Below are positions 26,401 to 38,628 of a stretch of 64,000 bases of DNA, piece after piece. The position numbers and the translations under genes are program-made. Position 1 is the first letter of the stretch. Every line of letters starts with the position of its first letter. Under the pieces are notes generated by a model. It ran no database searches. It was not told the DNA's origin and worked only from the letters and a program-made list of their open reading frames with translations. Source of the stretch: Vezdaea acicularis (Eukaryota); assembly GCA_026025075.1 (NCBI GenBank), contig JAPEUI010000010.1, positions 124,001-188,000 on the forward strand, in the 5' to 3' direction.

Positions 26401-27195
26401 TCCTTACTGTCAAACTTCGGTCCTTTAGTTGCCGAGATCTGCTCCAATAACACCACATATAAGGATCAACATCTTCAAGGTGCTGCTACGCTCTGTCTAG
26501 CGAAGTTGATGTGCGTCTCCTCAGAATACTGTGAAAAGCATCTGCCTCTCCTGATCACTATTCTTGAAAGATCCATAGATCCTGTGACACGGAGCAATGT
26601 GGTCATAGCGCTTGGAGATATGGCAGTCTGTTTCAACCATCTCATCGACGAGAACACGGACTTCTTATACCGTCGTCTAAATGATAATGATGCTTCGGTC
26701 AAGCGGACCTGTCTCATGACCCTAACATTCTTGATCTTGGCTGGCCAGGTCAAAGTCAAGGGCCAACTGGGAGAGATGGCAAAATGCCTCGAAGATTCCG
26801 ATAAACATATCGCCGATCTCTCAAGGATGTTCTTCACAGAGCTGGCTACCAAGGATAATGCAGTCTACAATCACTTTGTAGATATGTTTTCTCTCTTATC
26901 TGCAGAAAAGGACCTCGAGGAGGACTCCCTGAAGAGGATCGTCAAATTTTTGGCTTCTTTCATTGAGAAGGTATTTTTCAATAATCCAGTCTTGTGAGAT
27001 ATGCAGCTGACATTTGTGATTCAGGATAAACACGCCAAGCAGCTTGCGGATAAGCTCGCCGCACGTCTAGCTCGATGTGAGACTGAAAGGCAATGGACCG
27101 ATGTTGTCTACGCCTTGTCACTTCTCCAGCATAAGAACGAGGAGATCCAGAAGACGGTTAGTCTGGGTTTCCGAGTTGTTCAAGCAAACGCTTGA
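23424..27195 (+). CDS. YCS4: Condensin complex subunit 1 (Ycs4/Cnd1/CAP-D2), 3-4 exons
   Basis: DLNDSLKFYLSDP, QNLTYFEHLSEPMAEFL, SLEDKSSNVRRNA, RRMLRLIWTKG, IGGTTEDDF, RSNVVIALGDMAVCFNHLIDENTDFLYRRL, ILAGQVKVKGQLGEMAKCL. Confidence 0.95.
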
Positions 27196-27289
27196 TTAGG
27201 TAGGAATACTACTAGAGCGTTTTTTTTTTTCATATCTCAAGTCATTATGGGAGGTGGTTCGGCGCTACTGAGCGATGCTCTGAGGACGG

Positions 27290-28015
27290 TCATGTTGACG
27301 GTGGCGCAGTCGATTCTCCATTTTGTTGATCATGTTCGTGTCCGCTGTATCCAGGCATGGGATATCCTACTCCCTCTCTCAGAAAGAGTACAAGCCGGAA
27401 TGCGGTATTGCCATTGAGGTAATATCGATGCAGTCTCTTACTCCGAAGGAATCCTAGTCGCTCATAAAGCTTCATTGCTGCCGTGTTTGTGATTTCCGTT
27501 TCCAAAGCTATCTAGTGAGAATTAGGTTTAGCATCATATGAATCACGCTTATCAAGCATACTTCTTGTGCATTCCGCTCGATCATAGCATCAATTGCCAT
27601 CCGGACAAGTTTCGTTGCTGCACAGAGTTAGCTGAGCTCGTACCATAAGCTTCTCTAATAAATACCGATGCCCTTCCCCCGGTGTTCCTCTCTCACCGCA
27701 AGCATTGCAATATAACCTCTGAGAGGACCCCCTCTGTGAGGCTCAAGCTTACAAACAACAACCCCGACCAGATTGTCGCTCGGGTCAACAGTCTATATAT
27801 CCATCAATACTTTTGTGTTACCAAATTATAGACCGACATACTAGATAGCATAATTCTCCCCATTGGTACAGAAAATATCGATACACATAAATGCTATATG
27901 GCTCTGAAAGATCCTTGGAGATTAATTGACGAATTGAGGACAGATATTGGCTTTCTTTCTCACTGTCGTACTGAATATACCGCAAGCCCCCTGATTCGTG
28001 CTTCATATCATCCAT
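27290..28015 (-). CDS. MAK3: N-alpha-acetyltransferase 30 (NatC catalytic subunit), 4 exons
   Basis: [71 protein letters not shown]. Confidence 0.95.
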
Positions 28016-28435
28016 GGCTGCTTATAATAGAGTAAAGCGGCTTCTGTCCCGGGATTCCGTACCGAACATATTCACATGCATGGAGATCGAACTTTGCGAA
28101 GCGGAATATTCCAAGACCCAAACCTGCCAATTTCATGGCACCCCGACGCCCAAAATTACGTCATCTATTTAGAGAGGACAGTTCTATGTAGCCGTGGACG
28201 CACTACAGAATATGAAAGGGCCAAGCTTGTTGAGCACTTCATAAAAAGGGTAGATTATAGAGTATTTGAAGACCCCTTTGCCCTAGCAGCCGTAGGGCAG
28301 TCAGTTGGCCCGGAACGGCTCGCTTCGGAGTACCTGCATGTTTCTTAAGTGGGACGGCTGCCACAAACACTGTTGTGATCGTTAGTCCTACGTCGCGCCA
28401 ATATCCCAAGCAACCATCGGGCATAGTGAAGCTTC

Positions 28436-30340
28436 ATGTCTTCGCTCCGCCAGCGCATATTTGGCACACCGACTCCAGCGTCCTCCCGCGAGACAACGCC
28501 GCCGAAAGGTGAGCCTGTACGCCTTGCGCCAGTGTCGAAAATCAAGAGGACGAAGGAAAGTGGCAGGAAACGGCGCAATGGGTTTATGTTTGGGCTAGGC
28601 GGACTCTTCGGGATCCTCATCGCGGCTTTCTTTGCGAACAAGCATGATGTGATACGTTTTGACTCAATAGGGGAGATCAGCTTCGAGAACCTTATCGATG
28701 TCATACCGGCCAGCATATTGAAAGAAGCCAAGGACATAACGGTGGGTAATCTTGGTACACTCGGGACTGCACTTACTAAATCGAAATTATAGCAAGGAGA
28801 ACGCGATGCTGTCAATTACGATTCATTCTCTGTGGGCCTGCACCTCCTTTCGCAGGGCATCCATGCAAAACACCCAGTCGTCATGATCCCTGGCGTCATC
28901 TCAACCGGTCTCGAATCATGGGGCACCGAGACTGCGTCGCGACAATACTTTCGGAAACGACTTTGGGGGAGTTGGTCTATGATGCGGGCGCTGGTCATGG
29001 ATAAAGCGTCATGGAAGAAGCACATCATGTTAGACAGGGATACGGGCTTGGACCCTCCTGGTATAAAGCTACGGGCTGCACAGGGATTTGATGCGGCGGA
29101 CTTCTTCGTTACTGGGTACTGGATTTGGAACAAGATCCTTGAGAATCTCGCGACTATTGGATATGATCCAACGAATTCATTCACAGCGGCATATGATTGG
29201 CGCCTGTCATATTCGAATCTTGAGGTCAGGGATCAGTACTTCACACGACTAAAATCATACATTGAGATGGCAGTCAAGATATCGAACAGAAAAGCTGTGC
29301 TAGTGTCGCACAGCATGGGTAGTCAGGTCCTGTTCTACTTCTTCCATTGGGTTGAATCACCGTTGCATGGAAAGGGCGGATCATCCTGGGTCGAAGAGAA
29401 CGTCGAGTCCTGGATCAACATCAGCGGATGCATGCTCGGTGCTTTAAAGGGGCTTCCGGCCGTACTCTCAGGCGAGATGAAAGATACTGCACAGTTGAAT
29501 TCCTTTGCTGTCTACGGCTTAGAACGATTTCTCTCCAGAGAAGAGCGCGCCGAGATATTCCGCGCTATGCCAGGTATCAGCAGTATGCTTCCCAAAGGTG
29601 GAAATGCAATATGGGGTAACGCAACCTGGGCACCGGACGACTTGCCGGACCAAAAGGTCAGCTACGGAAGTTTCTTAAATTTCCAATTCGCCAATTCGAC
29701 GCATCGAGTCAAGAACCTAACGATGGATGAGAGTATGGAATACCTCTTCGACCAAACGGAAGACTGGTACAAAGACACGGTCATGCAGAATTATTCGCAC
29801 GGCGTTGCCCATACCCTAGCCGAAGTCCAGAAGAACGAGAAGATCCCCCAGAAATGGATCAATCCTCTCGAGACGCGCTTGCCGCTCGCTCCTAATCTGA
29901 AGATATACTGCTTCTACGGCATTGGAAAGCCCACTGAACGCTCCTACTACTACCGCGAGGATCTAAGCCCTTTCTCGAAGCTCAACGCGACAATCGATAC
30001 GACCGTAAAAACGGATGATATCGACCATGGTGTCATTCCCGGCGAAGGGGATGGAACAGTCTCCCTAATGAGCACGGGATATATGTGTGCCAAAGGTTGG
30101 AGAATCAAGCGGTACAACCCCGCCGGAGTCCAGATTAAGACTTATGAGATGCAGCACGAACCTGACCGGTACTCACCCAGAGGCGGACCGAACACTGCCG
30201 ACCACGTGGATATACTGGGGCGCGCTTCGTTGAACGACCTCATCTTGCGAATCGCTGCCGGGCATGGCGAGCAGGTTGAGGAGACGTACTTTTCGAATAT
30301 CCGGGAATACGCTGACAAGGTAAAGATTTATGAAGAATGA
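28436..30340 (+). CDS. LRO1: Phospholipid:diacylglycerol acyltransferase (2 exons; intron 28742-28792)
   Basis: N-terminal TM helix, HPVVMIPGVISTGLESW, YDWRL, catalytic VSHSMG, GDGTV and DHVDILG. Confidence 0.95.
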
Positions 30341-31517
30341 TTAGGTTTATTTAGCGGCATTGTCGGTGTTCTTGGGATGAGTCGGCTGCTGTCGTGGAGC
30401 GATAATAGGGCGTAAAGCAAGGATAGATCCACCGCTCCTAGACGCCTAGACGGCGATGAGATACGGGCACTCTCGACTTTTGGCATGTCGAAGTTGGAAA
30501 GACGTTCGATCCTAGTCACGTGTGTTCGCAACTCACGAAGAACGGCTAGATTCGCAACAGCGGCGTGCACATGGTCAGCAAGTCGCGCTTCTCGGAGATT
30601 GAAAACTCCTACGTCGAAAGTTGCATGGTCAGGAGGGCAAGGCTGGTTCGACGCTACTTCAAAGACGGGGTATTTAATGGAGGGACCTGGTTTGGCGAAC
30701 AGACGGTGCTGGAATACGTGCTGGCATACCAAATAATGGGAGCCTATCTAATTAATCTCAAGTCGCTGATGGAGGTTGGTTGCAGGCTCCCTGCAATGAG
30801 ACGAGGTATTTGACACAAGCTTGTGCCGTCCACCGCAGCCGTCCAGTGGGAAAGGGGTCAAACCATCGTTCATTTCGGATCTCGTCGGTGGATGTTGGAA
30901 CGGTAGCTACGAGTCCGACCACGTCAACCCGGCGAGCATGTACGATTACGTATAATGGGCACTGCCCCACGAGGGAGCTGCTTGACAGTATTCACGCCCC
31001 GTGACTCCGATGCCGATCTTCCACACAGTACCTCGCCCCATACCGCCTTTGATAGGGTAAAGGCGGACGTAACTCTCAGCCCTAGCTCAGCAAGCGAAAA
31101 GCCCTCACCGACCTTATCAGCGCCTGCATCCCTGTCCCCATCACCCTGCGTGAACTCCTTTTGAAGCTGAGACCCTTCCTTTTTACGTGAAGCCTGTCCC
31201 TCAACATCGGCGCACTCGGGCCGCGGCGGACACAGAGGATCGCCGCGTAGTGCGCCCTCTCATGCGAACGTGTCAATGCGCGCATCGCCGCTCTGTCCGT
31301 CCTCTCTCTCCCACCCTCTCTCTCTCCATCTCCCTCTCTCTCTTCCTCTCTTACCTCCACCATTCTCTTCCCCGCTATTTCCCTCTCGCAAACGTTACCC
31401 TCTTCGGGCTTGCAATCCGGATCGGCCCAATCAAGCCCCCCCCTCGACGCGAACCTTTGCAGGGATGCGGAGAAAATAAGACAACTCGTGCCCTAGCTCC
31501 TTGCAGCCGAAAAGCTT

Positions 31518-31551
31518 AGCCCTCACCAGCCCTCACCAGCCCGTCACAGCC
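31518..31551. repeat. Short 10-bp tandem direct repeat (AGCCCTCACC, about 3 copies)
   Basis: agccctcacc agccctcacc agcccgtcac agcc, read directly. Confidence 0.6.
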
Positions 31552-32152
31552 ATAACCTCATCCACCCACCCACGTCACCAGGGTCGATTTTCGTGCAAAT
31601 GCAGATTGTTCGAGGTCTTCCATTAAATTGGCTCGATCTCGGAGCCACGACGGTGCCCGCCGTCGTGACCGCCGTCGTCATCTTCTAAGCCACATCCTGT
31701 TCGTGCGAACTTGGAGGAGCGGGCGGCTTGGGGCACATCCTTTTAGGCGGCGCGCTTAGACTTCGTTTAGACTTCCTGTTGCGGTATGCTTCCCGAGCAG
31801 GGGTGTCGGGCTTACGTCCGTTGGTGCTTTAAGGCTGTGCCCCACCAGTGCGCCCTTCGAATTAAAGGTGTTTGGGATGCGGCTTGAGAGTATAAGTTGA
31901 CGCGGCGCGCCTGCGTTTTGAAGAGTTCTTTTGCAATTCAGTTTGAGCTGAAAGATTACACGCCTTTCTCCTTATACTTCATCCTTCTCTTAATCTTCTT
32001 GCTGTCCTCACTCTTCTCCGTCTGTTGTTGCTGCTGCTTGCCAGCCAGCAATCTAATTGAGTTTCTGGACCCGCATTGCGTGATCCTCACCCTACACGAC
32101 ACACAAAATAGCAACCCTTCCCCCCCCCAACTTCCCCTCCACAACCGCCAAA

Positions 32153-33154
32153 ATGATCCCCACAACTTCCCTCGCCATCGCCCAACTCATCCTCTTCACG
32201 CCCTGCCTCCTCCTCTCCATCTACGTAACCATCCGCCACGGCTTCGGCCGTCAATCCGGATGGCTATACCTCATCATCTTCACCATCGTACGAGTCCTCG
32301 GCGCCGCCCTCGAAGTCGCCGCCAACAGCACACACCCACCTAAAACCAGCCTCTACGTCGCAGCCGCAACCCTCAGCTCCGTGGGTCTCTCCCCCCTCCT
32401 CCTCGCCATGCTCGGCCTCGAGGCCCGCGCCAACAACACCCTCGACGTCGCCCACGCCTTCTCCCACCGCCTCATCGGGCTTATGCATCTCCCCACCCTG
32501 CTCGCCCTGGTCTTCAGCATAATCGGCGGAACCAACATCTCCTCCAATATCCACACCGCCCGCACCTGGCTGCGCGTCGCCATCATCATTTTCTTCGTCA
32601 TGTACCTCGCTCAATCCGTCCTTGCCCTCCTGCTCTTCTCCCGCGTCAAGTACGTTCCCAGGCCTGATCGCGTCCTCATCTATGCCCTGTGCGCCAGCAT
32701 CCCCTTCTTCGCCGTCCGCCTCATCTATGCCGTCCTCGACGACTTCCTCACGCATTCGGCCACCTTCCAGCTTATTAACGGCAGCATCGTTGCGAGGGGA
32801 TTGATGGCCACGCTGGAGGAGTTCATCATCGTGGTACTATATCTAACGGCGGGCTGCATGATCCCGAAGCTTACGAAGGCGGCGGCAAGGCACGCGTGGA
32901 CGGGACATGCGGAGGCAAAGGCTGCCACCGCAGAGGGTATAGCGCCGGTTAATGGGGATGCCGCGCAGGTCCAGCAACAGCAAGGCTACACGCAACAGCA
33001 TACAATGGGTCAGGAGGGGGGATACGCGCAGCAGCAAGGGCTACACCAGCAGGACGGGTACCTGCCGCCGACGAGTGGGAGGGAGCCGCGGAGGAACAGG
33101 AAAGTCAGGGGCCCGATCCATATGTTGATTCGGTGGATCCAGGATAAGAAGTAA
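32153..33154 (+). CDS. Multi-pass (about 7 TM) fungal membrane protein, RTA1-like/DUF family, intronless
   Basis: Hydrophobic helices with RHGFGRQSGWLYL..F..VRVLGA, SVGLSPLLLA.LG, SIPFFAVRLIY. Gln-rich cytosolic tail ending GPIHMLI. Confidence 0.8.
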   Translation: MIPTTSLAIAQLILFTPCLLLSIYVTIRHGFGRQSGWLYLIIFTIVRVLGAALEVAANSTHPPKTSLYVAAATLSSVGLSPLLLAMLGLEARANNTLDVAHAFSHRLIGLMHLPTLLALVFSIIGGTNISSNIHTARTWLRVAIIIFFVMYLAQSVLALLLFSRVKYVPRPDRVLIYALCASIPFFAVRLIYAVLDDFLTHSATFQLINGSIVARGLMATLEEFIIVVLYLTAGCMIPKLTKAAARHAWTGHAEAKAATAEGIAPVNGDAAQVQQQQGYTQQHTMGQEGGYAQQQGLHQQDGYLPPTSGREPRRNRKVRGPIHMLIRWIQDKK

Positions 33155-33504
33155 AGCTGCAAATGGAGTTGCAGGGTAAGGGGTTGGATATGAGTTTTTA
33201 CGGTCGAGGACTACTAAGTGGACCTCTTTGCATATCTTATCTTGCTATTCATTAGATTGTTTTGAATCTTCGAGCGAGCGAGCGAGCTGGATCTCCTTGG
33301 TTATGTTTGCACCGGATGGTCCGGTAGAGAGATACCTCGAATGTTACCATGCTTTTTGCATCTTCACATCCTCAACGATCCGCTTCTTAAGTGATCTGCC
33401 GAATATTGACATAACCATCTGAACCTGATGGGCACTGATAGAGGAGCCTAGCGCGCATCCGGTAATCACAGCCTCTCCTCCTCCACAACCTCCGTCTCAG
33501 CCCA

Positions 33505-35094
33505 TCAATTAGTCGGCCTCTCCTCTTCCTCATCCTCATCCTCATCATCCTCCCCGTCCCGACTCCCCCCTCCAGTACCCTCACTCCACTCTTCCTCTTT
33601 CTCACCCACCTCCCTCCCCCAAAGCACCTCCCCCTTCTTCTTCGCCACAACCTGCACAAACGCCGCCCTCCGCTCGCCAACCCCTGCCTCCCTCAGCACC
33701 CCCCCCTTCCTCTTCGGCACAACCTCCACAAACGCCCTGCCCCAATCACCAAACTCGAGCCACTTGAGCATGATCTCCAGGACATGATTAGTCGCCAGCA
33801 CGAACCTACTACTCATCTGCAAGTAGTCGGCGATGGGCAGTTTTGCGGTTTTGAGGCCTTGCGAGAGGGCGGTTTTGTAGCAGAGCCCTTTGTGCCGGTT
33901 GCGGTCGACTAGTGCGCCGATGATGTAGGTGGAGTAGGGCCGTAGCGTGTGGAGTGTGTGGGGGGAGTCGGAGGTTAGGTAGATGGTTTCGCCGTCGTGT
34001 TGGGGCACGTCGTCTTGTGGTGCGGCTTCGGCGATGTTTGTGCGGTTGCGGTGCTTGTTTTCATCCCCTCGGTCCCGTCCTACCTCCTTTCCCTTGCTTG
34101 AGTCCTCATCTCCTTCATCCCTGTCTTCACCTTCTCGATCTTCGCCATTCCTCTCTGGTCCTCCCTCCTCATTTGCCCCTTTTCCAGTAGCAGGAACACT
34201 AGCAAGTGCCCCAACTACCTCTCCTCCTCCCTTTCCCCTCATCCACCTCCCTTCCTTCCCCGCCATCTCCGCGACATCACTCACCCCCTCCTCCAAGAAT
34301 CTCACTCCTCTCCACCCTTCATGATTCCTCGCAAGCACACCATCGAACCTCTCTCGCAGCTTTCCCCCCCACGCGCAAACCACCAGATGCGCGCGCAGCT
34401 TTGCGTTCTTATTATCTGAATAACACCGTGTGAGCTGCGTGGAGAGCGAGATCAGCTCTTTCTCGGTCATGAACTCGTCGTAGGCGCAGTCAAGAACGAA
34501 GGCGATTGGCACCTGCGTCGCTCGTGCGTGATGTGGTTGTTTTGCCCCCCTTCGGGCGGGCGGGAAGTCGTGCGAGGTAGCACCCGTAACTTCTGATGGA
34601 GGCTTAGAGGAATCTTGATCTTTACCACCAGCTTGTTCTGCTCGAAATGCCGACTTGGCCTCACGCTTGCGTTGGCGCTTGGCGTTGATCTTCTCCTTCC
34701 GCTTTGCTTTTCGCCAGACGCGGCCGGCTTCCCAGTCTTCGTGGCGTTTGAGCTTCTTCAGTTGGTTTTTAGAGAGAGGGGTTTCAGTGGAGACTGGGTC
34801 TGTAGATGTGTCGTCTACCGGTGCGTCATTGGAGGTCAGCCCTGCAAGATCGCCGGTGAAATCAGATTCATTGTGCTTGCCGGGGTCGTCGGGTTCTTTG
34901 TGGCCGTCGATTATCTCTACTATGGGTTGGTGAAGCTCGATATTTTCAAATGCAGAGCTTGGAGCTTTGTGATCCTTATCCACGACGGCTATGTCTTCGT
35001 CAGGCAGCGTGTCAAGTGGCTTAGGAACCTCTGCTGTACTTCCAAGATCATGAGTAAGCTTCACGATCTTCCGCGGCCGCTCTTCAGCTTCCAT
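33505..35094 (-). CDS. TRM10: tRNA (guanine(9)-N1)-methyltransferase, intronless
   Basis: LSKNQLKKLKR...WE, LDCAYDEFMTEKE..SL..QLTRCYSDN, IYLTSDSPHTL..L.PYSTYIIGALVDRNRHKGLCY, TAKLPI..Y..M.SRFVLATNHV.EIM. Confidence 0.93.
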   Translation of the reverse strand: MEAEERPRKIVKLTHDLGSTAEVPKPLDTLPDEDIAVVDKDHKAPSSAFENIELHQPIVEIIDGHKEPDDPGKHNESDFTGDLAGLTSNDAPVDDTSTDPVSTETPLSKNQLKKLKRHEDWEAGRVWRKAKRKEKINAKRQRKREAKSAFRAEQAGGKDQDSSKPPSEVTGATSHDFPPARRGAKQPHHARATQVPIAFVLDCAYDEFMTEKELISLSTQLTRCYSDNKNAKLRAHLVVCAWGGKLRERFDGVLARNHEGWRGVRFLEEGVSDVAEMAGKEGRWMRGKGGGEVVGALASVPATGKGANEEGGPERNGEDREGEDRDEGDEDSSKGKEVGRDRGDENKHRNRTNIAEAAPQDDVPQHDGETIYLTSDSPHTLHTLRPYSTYIIGALVDRNRHKGLCYKTALSQGLKTAKLPIADYLQMSSRFVLATNHVLEIMLKWLEFGDWGRAFVEVVPKRKGGVLREAGVGERRAAFVQVVAKKKGEVLWGREVGEKEEEWSEGTGGGSRDGEDDEDEDEEEERPTN

Positions 35095-35249
35095 TGTGCT
35101 TTATGCCTCTTCAGTGGTTTGTATTTAAAAAGTTCGGAAGTTGTGCCTCGCCAAGCTATTCCTATAGAAAAGCCTTGGCGTTGACCTGACCACCGTTCCT
35201 CCGTAACCTCCGATTCCATCTCCTCATCTCATGAGCGCATCGCACCACT

Positions 35250-35828
35250 ATGCCTCAAGACCTCCCGCCATCGGGCGGCTACGAGCCTGTGCAATACAAG
35301 GTAGATTTCTCTACCTGCAATGGCGCAAGATAGGTGCAATACATGCTAACATAGCGAACAGCGAAACCTTCCCGCACGCGGCTTCCGCCCAGTGTACTAC
35401 CTTGTCGCCGTAGGCTTGATCTGCACATATGGCTTCTACAAAGTTGGGAAAGGAAACCGCGAGAAAAAGTACGTCGAATCCCTCCCTCCCTTCGCCTCTT
35501 CGCTCCAGACAGAAGCAACCGAGATATCTGGTCTCAGGGACGCGTGCTGATGGGTGAATGAATAGCGAGCTAGCGCGAGAGAAGATGTGGAGCAGGATTC
35601 ATCTGATTCCGCTATTGCAGGCAGAAGAAGACCGAGATCTAGTAAGGAGGCATTGGGCTGATAAGGCAAGGGAGAGAGAGTTGTTGGGAAGTGAGACGAG
35701 TCCATATCATAGTGATAGGTGAGTACAGCCTGGCGTTTAGGGAGAGAGACGACTTGGAGGAGAGTGCTAATAAGGACAGGTTTGTGAGGCCGACTTTTGC
35801 CGTTGCGCCGTCAAAGGCACAGAAGTAG
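35250..35828 (+). CDS. NDUFA13: Complex I subunit B16.6 / GRIM-19 (4 exons)
   Basis: Not in the ORF track. Hand-spliced: MPQDLPPSGGYEPVQYK|RNLPARGFRP...REKN|ELAREKMWSRIHLIPLLQAEEDRDLVRR...YHSDR|FVRPTFAVAPSKAQK*. Introns about 35301-35361, 35469-35565 and 35719-35779. Confidence 0.93.
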
Positions 35829-36077
35829 ACCAGGTCGTGCGCAAAGTGAGACACTTGTATATAGGAGTTAGATCGGGGGCCAGCATGGAAAGGGGCATCA
35901 GTTCAATTGGCTTCTACATAATTCCCGACGCCTGCATTCATTGTATCGCAATCATGATCGCAGAACCACTCCACGGTGGCCGCACAAAGCATCCATAGCG
36001 TGGGATAACGCCGTCCAAGCGCCAGCAGCAGACGAAGAAAATGCTCCAAAACAATTCATTATTCCCACAAACCGATT

Positions 36078-38628
36078 TCAATAGGGCGAGTTCACGATCT
36101 CACTCTTCCTTAGGCCGCTTACCCTACCACTACTTCTCCTCGTCCCAGCCCGAGCGGGTGTAGAGATGCTCTCCCTAGTAGGCTTCCTGAAGGACTGCTT
36201 CGCAACCATATTGACTTCATTGGGAAGTGCAACTATGACGTTCTTATCAGTGCCGTACTTAAAGTCGTCGGCTTTGACTTCTTCCGAATATCTTTTGATT
36301 GAGTATGGATCCTTCCGCCCAGCGAGGACCTTCTTCATGTTCCATGTGACAATGAACGGGCCTGTTGCCGTAATGATCGAAGTCTCGCCAGCGTCTATTC
36401 CTGTATTGAAACGAGCGGGCGTGAAGGACAGAGGTGCACCAGTCTCGTGCATGAATTGGGCAACATGCGAAGGCTGTAATCCCAAGCGACGTGGTTGCGG
36501 CTTTGAGTCCTTTCCAAACGACTTTTCGAAGCCCAGTTTGCCCGCATTTTTGCCTTCCTTTTGTTGTGCATCGATCAAGAGTAGATACGTTCGGCAGGTT
36601 GCAAGCACCCAGCGACCATCAGCACTGACATCAAGACCCAGGATAGGATCCCCTAGAGCGGGGATGTGAGTCTTTGCATTTATGCCGAGGCGGTCGAACA
36701 TGCGAATATCTCCCTTGTTACTGGCGACTGCAATATACCCCTTTTCTGTTGTTGCTGCGGCTGAGAATTCGTTTTTTGAGACATACTGCTTAAGTTCTGA
36801 GTCGACCAGCTTGTTGCCAGCTAGGCGTGGGTCGATACGATAAAGAGCGTTTCGAGATAGACCTAGGAATGTTTGCTCATTCGTCATTTGAGAGAATTTC
36901 TACTTCATTTAGCACGTAAATCTAGAAACCGATTGCTCGGAAACCTACCTTGTCCGGAGCGAAAGTATTGACTGGGATGTCGTCATGAACCTTCCATTCA
37001 TCGACTACTTTTCCATATTCCAAATCCATCCGGTAAAGAGAGTTCGGATTTAATTCATTTTGGAGAATCATGTTTGAATCCTCGGCATGCAACATGACTT
37101 TTTTCGGACTAAAAAGCTTTCCTTTCTTATCTGCGACCTTCGAAATAGTGGTAGAGAACTCGAGATTATTGTTGGGAGTATGCTTGAACACGCCAATCTT
37201 GGACCCACGCACGACGAAAGAACGGTCATGTTTGTATCCGACAGCCAACTGAGAGTTAACATTTCCGTCATCATCTCTTGTAACCACATCGTCTGCCTCC
37301 TCGTCGCTGTCGTATTTCTCACTTCTTTGGTCAACCCGGTCGGACTCCTCAATCTCCTCTTCTTCCTCTTCCTCTTCCTCCTCCTGCGGCACGTCATCCA
37401 TAGTAAGGTCATTGAAAGCTTCTATGATATAGTCCCTCTCTTCATCCTTTGTCTTGGACCACTTCTGCTCATTCAGCTGTTCCCACAACGCCTGCATGAG
37501 GCCCTCTTGGAATCTTTCTTCGGTCTCCTGGTCTTTGAATCGGAGTAGCCATGAGTAAGCAGATCCGTCGGCCGTGTAGTGATTGAATATGAATGATAGG
37601 TATTCATAATTGAAAACAGGGTTTATATCCGCGATGACCGGTTGACCAAGCCAATCTCTTTCCTTGCCATTAATTTGGAGCCAGTATGACCAGTCCCCAA
37701 TCTCTGTGACTATGGCCGTGACGTGTTTGTCTTGCTCGATGAAAGTACCCGTTTGGAAGTCGAAGAGATGAAGCTCAGCAACTTCCCTTGTTAAGACTTC
37801 TCGTCCTTTAGGTTCAATGGCCGACTTAGGCGCCAAAGTTGTTCTTTCGTAGCCCTGGCTCGCCTTAGCCTTCCCATCGGGTGTGACAGGCATCTTGTCC
37901 CTCGTCGCAAGATCCTTTAAATTTGACTTCGGTGACGTTACTTGTGGAGACAAGGCTTGAGAGCTGCCCACCGGACTAGCCTCGGGGATGGGTTCTTCGC
38001 TGAACGAGAACTGGTAAAGATCCGCCTCTGAAGCAGTATCGTGGCTCTTCCGAAATTTCCTCTGATACTGGCATTGAATTGCGACCATCTCAAATGTCTG
38101 GACATCCCCAGCCTTGACGGACTTGTCACAAACGAACTCGTACAGATCGCCAGGATCGCCACTGAGGTCTCGCCATGCGAAGACCATCTCACCACTATCG
38201 CGTGTATCTGAACGGAAATGCAGCTCAGCGTCCATAAGGAAAACCCTTTCATCTTTCTCTGTAGCTAGCACATCTTCGCCAGCTTCCCCGTCTTCATCCG
38301 CGAGCAACTCTTCTTCTCCTTCTTCGTATGCACGTTGTATGACTAGCTGGTATTGAAATTCCTGTCCTGTCCGTCTGATCGTGGCGGCCGCATCTTTGAA
38401 GATGAGTTCTGAGTAGCCTTTCGGAGATCGAGGTCGCACAAGATACAGTTGGCCTTGAGGAATTTCAATGATTGACTCCTTTGAGGTGTCGCCAAACAGG
38501 TATTTGCCCACTAAATGAGACTTAGCATGCGTAATTCAGATGGAGATATCACACTAGTAGTAATGCAAGTGAAGCTATGGATGAGGGGTAGTTGGAGGGG
38601 CACACAAACCATTCCTGAGCATAAACAT
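36078..38628 (-). CDS. VID27: Vacuolar import and degradation protein 27 (3 exons)
   Basis: 19-nt exon 1 (MFMLRN) then VGKYLFG, IPQGQLYLVRP.SPKGYSELIFKDA, NSQLAVGYKHDRSFVVRG, MDLEYGKVVDEW, GLDVSADGRWVLATC. Confidence 0.93.

Noticed and set aside
30495..30520. GTTCGATCC T-loop-like motif suggesting a tRNA
   Set aside because: The flanks do not form a T stem or acceptor stem.
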